Shown: in pieces, positions 26,421 through 39,653 of the stretch | Numbering within the stretch: the stretch's first letter is position 1 | Layout of the letters: every line of letters starts with the position of its first letter | Assembly (NCBI GenBank): GCA_904063045.1 | Contig: CAJFCJ010000027.1 | Coordinates: 62,001-126,000 of the forward strand | DNA length: 64,000 nt | DNA from: Dimorphilus gyrociliatus | Lineage: Eukaryota; Animalia; Annelida | Direction of reading: 5' to 3' | Made by a program: the position numbers and the translations under genes | The notes under the pieces: generated by a model | Databases searched by the model: none | Told to the model about the DNA's origin: nothing | Seen by the model: only the letters and a program-made list of their open reading frames with translations

Positions 26421-29400
26421 GACTGACTAAGAAAAGGAAAAGAAAAAATGCTCCTTCCTTATACTGGCAACGTTTAATTAGATTTTTCTTTATTGTTTCA
26501 TTGATGGACAATATACGGTAATCTCTATCTTCAAATAGTTTTAACCAATATAGAGTAAACATTGGGAAAATCATAGAAACAATTTTATTGCATTTTTCTA
26601 TTTGTCTTCTACCCTAATATCCTATCGGCTCGTCACTCTAATATCGACGCCCGAAACGTGACGCTACACTACGTTTGTATATATATATATATATAGTATA
26701 TACAGGATTGTACATGCGTGCGAATACGACACTTTGAGCGTGTATCTATTTGTCTACGATTCTTCTCTCTCTCTTCTTTTATCCTCCATAAGATTAGCTA
26801 TTGTCTAAGCGTTATGCTCTATACTACTCAACAAAATAACAACAAATCCAATTGTGGATAGGTAAAAGAGTTGGGGAAGTTTTTTTGCATATCGGGCCAT
26901 TGCGCCATCTACTGGTCGATTGATAACAAAGGATTTAGTGTCTGTGAACGAAACAAGAGATAGAAAGAGAGAACGAGGGAGAAAATTGAAGATGGGTATA
27001 GAGAGGGAATGGGCTGATAAAAGCTTCAATGCTAGTAAGAAAGGGAAGCAGATTTGGTCGGTAGGAGAAACTCGTAACTTATGTAGTTTATAAAACGCTT
27101 TTAGAGTAAGGTCTTTAAAATTCCGTACGCTAACTACAAACAGTTATTTTATCCTCTCTCGTCACGCTTTATTTCACGCATCGTCGGCGATTTCCGAAAT
27201 AGTTTGTCGGTGTTTTAATCATGGTTTTACTCCCAGGAAAAAGCAATTTCAATATCACGTGATCGACAGTATTTTTCCGCCGTTTTACTCGGCAATTCGA
27301 GGTTGATAAGGGGGAACGAATAATCTTGATAACAGAATAAAAAAACAGACAGAACAGGGATAGAGAGAGAAAAAGAAAGAAAGAAAAAAAAGGAAAACTG
27401 GTATGAAAATAGTTTGTATCGTTTTACCAGTTGATGACCTCGTAGATCAGCACGTTAAACAGCCTTTTTTGACCGAAATAACCTTTAGCGTAAACTTTCT
27501 TCCCTTTTATTGCATAAGATTCTTTCGACACGTCATTTTTGGGCCTATATTACGGACCCTTGCGAAAGTAGGAAAAATGGGCGTGTAGGGCGGGCTATAT
27601 TCGAACGATACTTGTTTTTGAGGTGATTTATGGCTAATAAATCAGTAGTCTTTTTGTTAGAAATGCCATCTTTGAAAACGATTCTTCTTTACGCCATGAT
27701 GCGCAGCCTATTCAAAGGCAGCCTTTCAATTAATTTGAATGAAAAGATATTTCTCCCTACCAACAACTTATTACCATTGATGGATCGGGAAAAAGGGAAA
27801 TGATGAATGAAAAAGAAAGCAATGGAAAGAAAAGAATATATAGAATTCAGGTAGACAGAATATGATTATTGCTACTACTACTATTACTACTACTACTACG
27901 ACCACTACTACTATCACTTTGACTTTGCAATAGCCTCGAAGCTTTGCTCTATAGAGAAGGAAAAGGATTTAAGGGTGAAAGAGAAAAATCATTAATACTC
28001 TTTAGAGTTAGATAAGGAGGAAGAAAGGGCAGAAGGACGAGGAGGGGTAGGAGCGAAGAAAGGGATAAAGGAAGGAGTTTCCTTCTAAAAATAGTTACAA
28101 CAATAAATAGAGATCAAGTGTTGATTTAGTAATTCGAATATATGAAAACATATTCATTTTCAGTAAATCTCCTCTCGTCGAATCACCAACGTACTATCAA
28201 CAATCCGAAAAAAGATAGAAGTTAGGGAAGGGAAGAAAGAGAGGGAAGGAAGGGAAGGGGAGGTGAGCGTGGGCGGAGGAGGGGAATTTAGAAACATGCG
28301 CTAAACATATAGAGAATTTATAAAAGGCGAAATGGGAAAAGAAAAATTTGCTCATGTCCCAAAGTACCGCCCTCGCCTCCCCCTATCACGCCCATTTGTT
28401 CTCTTTGAGAGAGGTCTTCGAGGAAGGTCGATCTGACTATTAAGAACCATAAAAAATACTTCTCAATCGAGACAAACAAGAGGGTACTCGCAAGAAGAAA
28501 GAGCTCGATGCATTAATGATCCGCCTGCACAAATTCTCAGACATCAAGGACAATGCAGTAGGCGAGTGCATCTCGAGAGCCTTTGCATGAGGAAAAAAGC
28601 TCGCTCAGCCGGACCGCATTAGCGTTTGCAGTAGGCCTATTATATTGCAAATCGTATTGCTTTTAAAAACTCCGTAGAAGATGGAGAACATTTTTCCTAT
28701 TGAAAAATGAGAATAGAAAATAAATAAATAGTTGGATAATGGTTTTTCTTTGCTTTTTAAAATCTTCTTCTTGAACCTTATCTTTACCGTCTTCCTCTTC
28801 TTTTCCCTTTTCAATATTTTTCTTTCTCTTATAAAGTAACTTTCTTTAATTTTCCCTTTTAACCTAGAAATTTTTCAATAAAAACTTGCTACTTTCTTTC
28901 GTTTTTTTCTCAAACATTCTTTTCATTGCTAATCCATCTTCCTACCGACTCTGTTTAGTAAAAGTTTCTCTTTTTCTACATCTCTTACTTTTTGTCTTGT
29001 ATTCTTTATTTTTTCTATCTCTGTTTTTTTAGCAATCTCTCTCTTTGCTCTCTTCCTCTTTCACTCGCAACACTTGACAATTAATTGAAAAATTTACTTT
29101 CGAAGTGTTTAGGAGCAAAAGATTCGTACGACTGACTGTGTAAGGTGAACAAAGTAAGAACATGTACGGTAAAGTAACCGCTCGTTTTCTTTTTTGAAGA
29201 GGAAAAAGCAATCGGTAACTATGGCAACTTATGCTAAGTTTTTTTTCTTTTTCAGGCGTCGCCAATCTACTAGACGCGTAACGTCGTTACGACGCTTGTT
29301 AGGATGTAAAGTAATATTTAGTAATTAGTGATAATAATTCGTTTTCGATCTGATATTAATTAATATTATAACGAAGGTATTGGTTTGCGTGCGCCTAAGG

Positions 29401-32400
29401 TAAATTACACAGCAAGGCTAGTAGGCGATTCTGTTAATTAATTTTTTAGCCAAAAAAAAAAGGATATTAAATGGACTTTCGCAAATTGGTAGCTTATAAA
29501 AAAAAGGGAGGAGGAGAAAGAAAAGGGAGAGCAAACGGGTAAAAAAATGTCAGCTTTCAAATAATGACAAACTCTTTCAAGTCTATGTCCTGTCGCGCTT
29601 CTAATTAATAAACATCCGTTCTTTTTACTATTCATTCTTTGACAAAAGAAATCACTCTTCTTCTTTCTTCTTTTTTTCTTATTATTATTATTTTTCTTCT
29701 TTTTTTTTCATTCTTGCTCTTTCTACTCTTCTCGTCAAGTATTCAATCCATTATCGTTCAACTTCAATATGCCAAACAGCAAGGGGCAAAAAATACGAAA
29801 CATAAACGATAACGAGATAAAAGATTACGGAGCCAGTTGAATTTATAGGCCTAATTATAGTAAAAGATACTCCAGAGGGAAAGAGAGAAAGATTTTTAAA
29901 AGAAAAAAGGGAGAGAGAGATAGAGTGAGTAAAAGAAGAATATTTTTGATAAGGGGAAAAATTGAGTTAGTATACGAAGAAGAGAGAGGAAAAACTGAAG
30001 AAATCACGTTCGGCGAATGAAGACGGAAAACGAACCCAATTTACGACAAGTTACACCTTTCACATTAGCAAACGCACCCTGCAGCTTTTTTCTAGCAGTC
30101 AGTTAGAGAAGGAAACACGCGATTACTAGCCTATTACGTCATTCAACCTCAGGCCTATTAGATCTTGGGTCGAAATGCTAAATATTGTAGGTTGAGACGA
30201 GTACTCACTGATTTGCAATTAGCGTCCATTGTACAGCTGATGAAGTCAACAGGGTTCAAGTCATCGCTTACATCAGGATCCTGTTAAAAAGAAAACAAGC
30301 ATAAAACATTAGGAATGAGATTGGTAATTTGGGAAAAAGACCTAATCGAACCTAATCTCTAGCTAAATAGGCATTAAATGTATTTATAAGGCCGCTAGAC
30401 TGGATTGGAGAAAGTGTAGTGCAAAGAACAAGTTTTTCCATTTTTTTTTGGGCTTTCTGAACTTGCAACAGCCAAAGGGAAACGTTCTATCGTCTCTTTA
30501 CTCAATAAGAGTATTTACCCTTACTTTTTAAAAAGAAATCTTTGATTTAATAATTAATTAAAGAAGGATAACTAATGGAATTAGAAAGAGAGGAATAATA
30601 AAAAAATCAGCTTGCTTTCTCTTTCTCTCTTTTACTCTCTCTCTCTCTCTCTCATATTCATATATATATATATATACACTCTTTCTCTCTTTTTATCTCT
30701 CTCTCACTCTCACATTTACTCCTTCTTTTTCTCTCAAAATGAAAAAACTACAAAATAATCTTTTAATGTAGAAATTTCTTCATCTAAAAATAAGAACCAT
30801 TGTGTACGATTCATCTTTTCATACGATTGACGCCCAAAGGCCTATATTTAACAAACTTTCTGAGCAAAAAAAAAACAGCAGGGAATAGAAGCGTAAGACC
30901 GAAAAGACCGAAAAGCAATTTTGGACATACGGCTTCGCACTAGATGAGATTCGAAAGCTTTTTCTTCTCCCCGACAAATATATATATATATATATATCTT
31001 TTTATAATATATCTCCATATATGTTGAAATTTTCTCATAAGGGAATCGACGTGAAATTTCCTCTTGTTGGTTTTAAAGGAAGACGGGGAAAGACTTCCTA
31101 ACTCCTAATCTAAACGCGCATAGGCCTAGTTATATAAAAATTAATAAGTCAATATTAACTTAAATAAATACACAATAGTATTGGTTTGGAAAGCAATTTT
31201 TATGTTTATAATTCATATAGATAGGGTCTATAAACTGCAAATTTAAATGTTTATCATAAATCAAGGGTAGGAGTGAAAGAGAGAGAGAGAGAGAAAGAGA
31301 TAGAGAGAAGAGAAAAACAAAAAAATGTTAGGTGATACTATTGGGGAAGATGTCAACAATTCTTTAGCATTAACCGACAAACAACTAGCCTAAAACCGCC
31401 GTTACGTCCAAAGGAAAATCCGATAAAGGCGATTAGATGGCCGAATTCAATTCGTTTTCATCCATCAATTGCACGGATTAAGGATTTTTTAAGCGGAATT
31501 TATTACAAGTTTACCGCCTCTTTCCAATTCATCTTATTTACCAGCTGTTTATCACAAACACTTGTTTAGAGCTGCCGAGATGATTTTTTAACTCAATTAT
31601 TCACAATGTCTGTTTCTTATAAACGCATCTGCCCAACCCTCAAAGAGTTTTGTCAAGAGACGCGATGATAGATAAAGAACAACTCGCGACTTTTACAGGC
31701 TTTTTCTTTTCCTCCTTTTCCTTCTTCCTCTCCCCTCCCCCCTCCCCCTTAATTTATTACCCTAACCGGCGTTTTCTACTGCGTGCAGCCTGACTACTTA
31801 TTAAGAGCGACGTAAAGTGACGCCGGAGACGCTATTTTGCTTAATATAATGCTAGTGGAGATTGTGTTTGTCGTACTATGATTTTTTTTTGTACATAAAA
31901 AGGAAATTTTCGGTTTTTGGAACATAAAATTCTTTTTTTATGAGAAAATTTGCAAATTGAAGAGGAGAAAGGAGAATCAGTCATATTTTCTTTTGACAGA
32001 GATAAAAGAAGAATTTTTAGTGTTTTGAAAGTTTTCTTCTTTTTCCCCTCCCCTTTTCCCTGTTTTTTTTTTCTAAACGCTTATTACAAGTAAATAACTA
32101 TATAATAAACAATTCTATCAGTATAAAAATAAAAAGAACTTTCAATAACAATACAACTATTCGAGAAGTTTGTAAACCGAAACCAATATAATATGGGAAC
32201 TGTAAAATTGTACTTGTGAGAAAAATATACTCTCTGCCCTAACTGTATTCAAGTTTAATCATTTTCTCTCTTCTTTTCTTGTTCACTCCCACCCCTCTCT
32301 CTCTCTCTCTCTCATTAATTATTCAAGAAATTTGAATATATAGAGGAATTATATTGAATATAAAAAGCCACATAAAAACCTTCAGCCGAAAAGGTAATGA

Positions 32401-35400
32401 TTATCTATTAGAAAGAAAGAAAGGGAAAAGAGAGAGATAGAGACAGAGACAGAGAGAGAACGAGAACGAGAAGAGAAGGAGAAAAAAATTTCAAAGGGAA
32501 TATATTAACTAACGATATAAAAAACGACGCGGTCGATGGATAGTAAATCGGCTTTAGTTCATTCAAAAATAAAGGAAAAGGATCAATTACGATTTCTGGA
32601 CTGTTTATGAGACCGTTGATCTATTTAGGGAAAAAAAAGGTAAAGGCTACAACGATTTCCAATAAGATTTTCGGGGGCTCTGCGGAAATTCTATAGACTT
32701 CAATTGATCACATCCTTTAAATACATTTTACCTATGCGGTAAAATTGTCAAATAGACGACTAGAGAAACGGCGATAACACCTTTATGCTTTTGTCAAACA
32801 CCCTCATTCAGGTGCTCTATAACTCTCTAGTACTACATACTTTGGTCATACTTCCTACTGTTCCACTTTAATGACACAATGAAAAATGCAAATGGAGAAA
32901 TTAATAACCCATGCGTTCGACCCTCATTTCAGTACGAGTACTTTTTGATATAGGTGAGGAGTGTACGAAGCACGTGATTGCGCATCTATACGGAATTAGA
33001 CACGCGCTATAGGAAAAAAAAGAAGAGTGGAAAAATTAAAACGACACAGTGTTAAAGATATTTAGGTTAATGCCAACGGCCAATCGAAGTATTGTTTTCT
33101 CTTAATCTCCAGATTAATGAAGCTGACACGTGCAGATAAGTGACGCCTTGAAGCGCGTACGCGTTCAGCTTTCCAAATGCTTTAGGTGCAAAATAACATG
33201 ACGTCAGAGTGTGACATTTGCCTGTCGCCTTCAATATCGTCTGGAAGCGTTGCCGCCGTCGCCCCGCCGCCCTGCCGCCATCGTCATCGTCATCGCCATT
33301 GTTACTGACATTCTCTCGTGTACAACTAAGAGTGCGTGTGCAAAGTCGAGCAAGAAATTCGGTAAGGAGGGGAGAAAAGTTGATGGGGAATTGTGATGGA
33401 AATTAGGGGAAATTCAATTTCTGGCCCCATGCATCCTACGTACATGGAAATGACTTTGTACATTTGCTCGTTATTAAGAGCGACATTGCCGTTGGGAGAC
33501 GAGCGAGAGTACATACACACACACACACTCACTCGCGTAAGAACGAGTGCCGTACTCGTCTAGCCCGACGGCATATGTTACAATCTACCGCAATCAGCAA
33601 CAATATGCATGGGCAAATACGCAACTCTTAAACCTCAACAATTTATCAATAGCATATTGAGTAATACAACTAGTATAGAGGCACGCTGTATACATGAATA
33701 TATACAAGAGTAAAGGTGTACTATAGAGTGTGTGTGTGTGTGTGTGCGTGTGTTTTTATGTTAATGATTTACATACTGCATATAACAGAAGGTATACTAT
33801 ATATTATATACAGTAGCGTACGATGAATGATAAAAGTATTCACTTAACCAGTCTTTAATAAAGATTTGTATACAAATATTGTACATGGTAAATAGATTAT
33901 AGGTATAAATAAATAAATATACATATATCTGATATGATATGGCTGTATGAATATATATGTATAGTATAGTATAGTATATATATATATACCTTATTAACAG
34001 ACTATATATACACCACTCGTACAGATATAGAGAAATGAATCAATTCTTGTAGCTTTCTTTCTCTCTCTCTTTCTCTCTCTTTCTCTCTCTCTCTCTTTAA
34101 TCGGTATGGTAATAATTACAATTGGCTATTGGTTATTGGTTTCCTTTGGGCTAAATAGCAAAGGTGAGGGGATAGTGTCAAGTAGTATGTTTATATACAA
34201 TCGAAAAGGAGACAAACGGCAGCTGCGTACAATACATCCTACTGAATGCTATCTATATAGCCTACGCAATTATATTCGAGTTAATAAAGAGAGAAATATT
34301 TCCTCAATGTGTGGCCCACGTGTCTATTTTTGGTTTGACTTTATGTTTTCATACGCTTTTATTCGTACAGCATTAAATTGTCTGTCTTTAATAAGACTAC
34401 AAAATCCTTTGAACGTTATTTGAGTATCATAAACGTATCTCGGACTCTCTTTCATCTGCTGTGTCGATAACAATTAAGAAGGGAACGGAGTCACAAATTC
34501 CGATTTGGAAAAAGTGACATTTAAGGAAACCTGGAAAAACTAGTCGAATTATATTTCATAGCCAGCGGCAAATCACTGCAATCGACTCGGAATTAGAGCA
34601 GGAAATATTTCCTGTTCTCGTAAGACATCGTAAAGCGAGTGAGGCATAGGAGACGCTAATCAAATAAAATGTGAATCATTCCAAGGTCTCGCAGACGTTC
34701 GACGCCTTGTTTACCGACGCTACAAATTGTTGACGGCTTGTTTACACGATTTTATTAAATCTTGCGGATATTCGAGACTGCACTGACTGTTCGGATTAGA
34801 TTAATATAAGGGGGTAATACTCATCTTTCTTATCGTTCCTATATGGAAAGAGTATAGAAGGGGAGAGTGAATAAATGAAAGAGAGAGACAACCAGACGGA
34901 GAGAAAAGGAACAACTGTTGAATTGATTTTAAAAATGAAAAGAGAAAATAGGGAGCGAAAAAAATCCTCTTTAAGATCCATTCTAGCTATAATCACCTAA
35001 CCAATTTACTTTTAGTTCTTTATGTCGAGCTTTCTGCCTGTTGTTGTTGGCTTGGGAATCACTTTTGTACGATATTCGCACCTTTAACCTCCATTTGCAA
35101 AAAAGCGAAAAATCGCTTGAAATCGTGACCGATCAGGCATAGCTAACAACCGAATGAAAAATGACTCGATTCTGAATTCTTTAACCAGGTTGAGGTAGAG
35201 AACTTTTTCGACCCAAGGGTCAAAATACAATTTTAAACATACCTCTTTATCTTTTATCTTTTATCGAATCGTCTTCAAAGATTACTGCTTTCTATCACGC
35301 CAATCGTTTCAAGACCCTAACCCATGATAAATGCACAGTAAACATATTCTAGGCGCCTATTCTCATCCCTTATGTATCTTTCTTGTCTTTTCCCCTCTGA

Positions 35401-36291
35401 GTTTATTTCTTCCCCATCTCTCTCACTCTTGCTATCTCGCTCCTATTCTTTTTAAGTCTTCTTACGGTCCCTCCCCTTTTTCTTTTGTTGCTGTTCTATC
35501 ATTCTCTTTCACTCTTTCGCTCTTTCGCTCTCTCGCTTATTCATACAAGAATTTTACGACTTTTAACCTCCGTCTCACAACGAATAGTCAATCAATACAC
35601 CTACTCTTCTGTTCTTCCTCAAAAGGGCTAGTTAAGGGGGGAAGGTTACAATGACGTCACAAAAGTCGTCCTTCCGCGTCCACAGGGATATTGCGGATAC
35701 TGAACAGGATGCTAGTTCCAAGCCCATTTAGAAGGATGCAAAAGGGTCTTCTCTATTCTCACTATTTATTTGTATCGATTGCATATGGATTACGGCAAAG
35801 TCATTGGTAAAAATATGATAGTGGGCAATGTAAACATGATTTTTTTTTATCTATTGTATAAATTAACGGCAATTGTATATGAATATTCTATTAGTAGGCC
35901 TATGCTAATGGCGTAAACGTGCAAATATTTTTCTAATAGCGGGCGTAGAAAGAAAAAAGAAAATTTATATTATATTACGTGATTAAGAAAATAGAGAAAA
36001 TCAACATTTCTTCTCCCTCCCCCCTCCCTTCACTCGTGTCTAGTTTTGGCCTATATAGCTAAACAGATGTATCCTTTCTTGTGATTATTCATAAATTCAT
36101 ATATAAACTTGTTTAATGTCTGACTTAGACAGGAGAATTATACTGTATAACACACAGACTCTCAGACGCACATATACATATACACATATTTACAGACGTT
36201 TGCAGTTCGTATATCGTATTTATGCTTATATACAGTATACAGTATATAAACTATATTTATGAATATCATAAATATGTTCAGTATACCTGCA

Positions 36292-36327
<36 letters not shown>

Positions 36328-37342
36328 CGTACTCACTCACTTACTCACCCTCTCTCTCACTTTCATTCTCATTCACTCACTTCCCCCACTCCCTCTTCTG
36401 TCTCTACTCTAAAGAAACAATGTATTTATTACTAGTTGGCGTTTAACTAGTTTACTTCTTTGAAATATGTCTATAAGGTTCAATAGCATAGAAGGCTATA
36501 GACCATAATAATTCTATTTGACGTTTAAATGAAACGCCTCGAATTATCTGCCTTTGAATAATTTTACTTTTTAAGCTTTTGCGATAGAAACAATAAATAA
36601 GTTTCTTTTATGTTTTTATACCGTTGTGTTGTTTTCTCTGCGTTTCTTTTTTTCTCTCTTATTCTATTATACCAATAGTATATATATATATATATATCTC
36701 GCTCTCTCATAGAACACTCTAAAAACAGTATGCTAGAGAAAAGACAAACATCGTATCTCTTTGTCAAATTTGACAGGGGCGACCACAAGTAACGGACCCG
36801 AAAAAGTGTATTCCCAGGCTAAAAAGGTCCATTAATTGCAGGAAACACCATTAAAACAAAATTCCCAGACTGTATCTTATCTTGGAAATCTGGTCCGTGT
36901 CACTTAACTAATTACAAAGTTCGGTACTCATAAATATACACAAGCGAATCGTTCATGTTTTGTTTACAGCGGCGTCTGTATTCTATCAACAATCGGACCG
37001 ATAATGGAAACGTAAATTGAACGTATTGATTGACGAGGGGAATATATTAATGTATAGTATACAAGTCTTCCACCTATTGAGGATAGAGATCATTAATTGC
37101 TTACAGTAGATCCTTTGTGGAAGAAATAAAGATGATATACAAGTGGTGTAGAGCATTATTGTTTGAACGTTAAAGAGAGACATAAGGGGTAATGGCTTGA
37201 TAATTGAGATTGTATAAAGAAAAGAGCAACAGAAGAGAAGAGAAGAGAAAAAACGATTGAATAAACGAATGAAAGAGGAGAATAGAAAGAGGATTACGAT
37301 AAAAAGCATAAAATTGAACGATAATAACTAGATATAAAGTGC

Positions 37343-37374
<32 letters not shown>

Positions 37375-39615
37375 GGGTATGTAGATAAAATGAAAGAGGA
37401 AGAGAGAGAGAGAGAAAGAAAGAAAGAAAGAGGCGTTTTATCTCGGAATTTATATGATTTAATTGCAGTGTCCGTTTCTTGTTAATTGAAAAAAATACGA
37501 AGAATAAATAAATAAATAAATATATGGTATTTCGGTTATTAACGCTCGAGGTGAACTAGAAGCTTTAGTAATTGGCTGTCGCTTTTCGAAGCGATACAGA
37601 AGGAGCTTTGTTGAAGAGAAGTTTGAATAGACTTTAAAGTGGCCAATAAACATTCTACTTTTTTTATTAAAGCTCTAGTTGCCAGTAAATAAATAAATAA
37701 AAATCGGTCGTTTGATGTCAAAGGTGCGAAAAAAAGTGGATCTTGGTTGGGGGTGGTTAAAAGGGGTAAGGTTGTCAATATGCTTTTTAAGAGAGACAGA
37801 AGGTGAAAGTAGGTTTGAGGCGTTTATTTTTGTTCGCTGGGGCGACAAATCATTTCGCAAGTTGGAGGCTTAAAAGGATCTGGGACGTTGATATCGAAGG
37901 GACTATGTCCCTTAATGGATCCTGATAGCATACACAAAGCCAGTCTCCTAGCAGAGTCTCAATACTCTAGGCTATATAGCCGAAATCGATTCAATCAGTT
38001 TTTCATCCTGGACAAAGCGAGCCTTCTCACCGAGCACGTGCGTTGCATCAATACGTAGACATTATGTCAAATGTATATTTAGATAACATTCAACGACTCT
38101 GTTAGTGGAGTAACAGTAGAAGTAAAGGCAGCCCTTGTGTTCATCCCTTATCTTAATTGCATTCTAATCTCCGGTCTGTAAATGAAGCCCGTAAAAGAAA
38201 TCCTTAGCATGATTCAACCTCAATTGATACGCCTCAGGCGGTGCAACGCCTGTATTATGTCAAACATATCGTGTAGATATGCACCTTAATTAGGGCGTTC
38301 CGTAGTTTTGTTTTAAGATAATAGATAGCGGAGGAAATGCGCCGCGCAAACGGGCTGGGTGGGCCGACGAAGAGCGGAAGGCGAGCGCTCACACTATCGT
38401 AGAGTAACTCTCTGTTAAGGAGCTAAAGAAAAATTGGTATGACAGCTGCAGTCGCTAGTGGGCCTTAGGGTTGGATTGCGCAATTCTAAAATAAACAAAT
38501 TCACTTCCATTAAGGGATTTTAACAGAGCTCCTGCCCCAGGTTCAAAGCAGCTATTGTGATACTTGAGAAGATTATATCATTAAAGGATTGAGAAGCTGA
38601 TATTATTGTGAATGAGTTGCTTAGCCTATTAGAAATCAGGTTAAACTATCCGGAAAAGTGAGGAGTAGCTGCGTCGAGGGCTATACCGAAAAAAAGTTGA
38701 ATACTCGACAATCGGAGGAAAAACTTATATCAACTATTAACTCTTTTCTTCTATCTTCGAAGAATATCACTCTTTCCCTTTCTCATCGACTTGAAAAGAT
38801 GATTAATTAGGCGTTTCTTTTTTCATCTACTTTCATCGACTGTTTATGTATTTATGTTATATGGCGGTAAATCATCTTTGATCTCTATAACGTCGCATTT
38901 ACGGTGGCGGTAGCGCGAGGGTCGAGACCAAACATTATCTAAAAACAACGCTCGTTTACTCTTTTCCCAATAAAAAAAACAATTGCATTACACGTTTTAC
39001 CGAGATCATTGATTTCTCTTATAAAAGGTGACGGTCTAACCAATTTACAATTTTTAAAATATAGGCTATCAGCTCAAAAGACGCCGATTAATCGATAAAT
39101 AGCCGATATGAGCAGTGGGGATAAATCGTTTTCTTCATTTCTCATAGGTTGTCAAGTGAAAAATAGAGAAAATTTATTTTTAAACCTCCCATTTCGATTT
39201 AGAGGTTTATTTTTAGATAAAAAAAAAAACAAAGGAATAATGTCGATTGATCTGGTAGGGAAAAGCGAACGCTGTTCAATGAACATTCAAGAGGCGTCCT
39301 TTATACGACAAGAAGAACAAGAAGTAATAGCAAAATATTTTCTTAACAAACCAAAGTTTCAAGGAAGGTATTCATTATTATTCATTGCTCAAGGGGGCTT
39401 GACAAACAGCATATAGTGCAAAATACTTTACTGTCGAAGCGAGAAATTGTTTGCAGTGCTCGATTTCGCCTTAAAGGGAAAGTGTAAATGAAGCAATGCA
39501 AGAGAATTTACCAGAGTTTATTTGCCTTGTACAAGTGGGTCAGGAAAATATTATGAGGGATTGCAGTCTTCAGATATGTCAGATGATGGAATTTTGATAG
39601 ATTGCTCCATATACC

Positions 39616-39653
<38 letters not shown>

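Noticed and set aside
32900-32935. GTTCGACCC resembling a tRNA/SINE B-box
   Set aside because: No A-box or cloverleaf upstream.
37860-38720. Higher-GC block suspected to be a transposon remnant
   Set aside because: No RT/transposase motif, terminal inverted repeats or target-site duplication found by eye.
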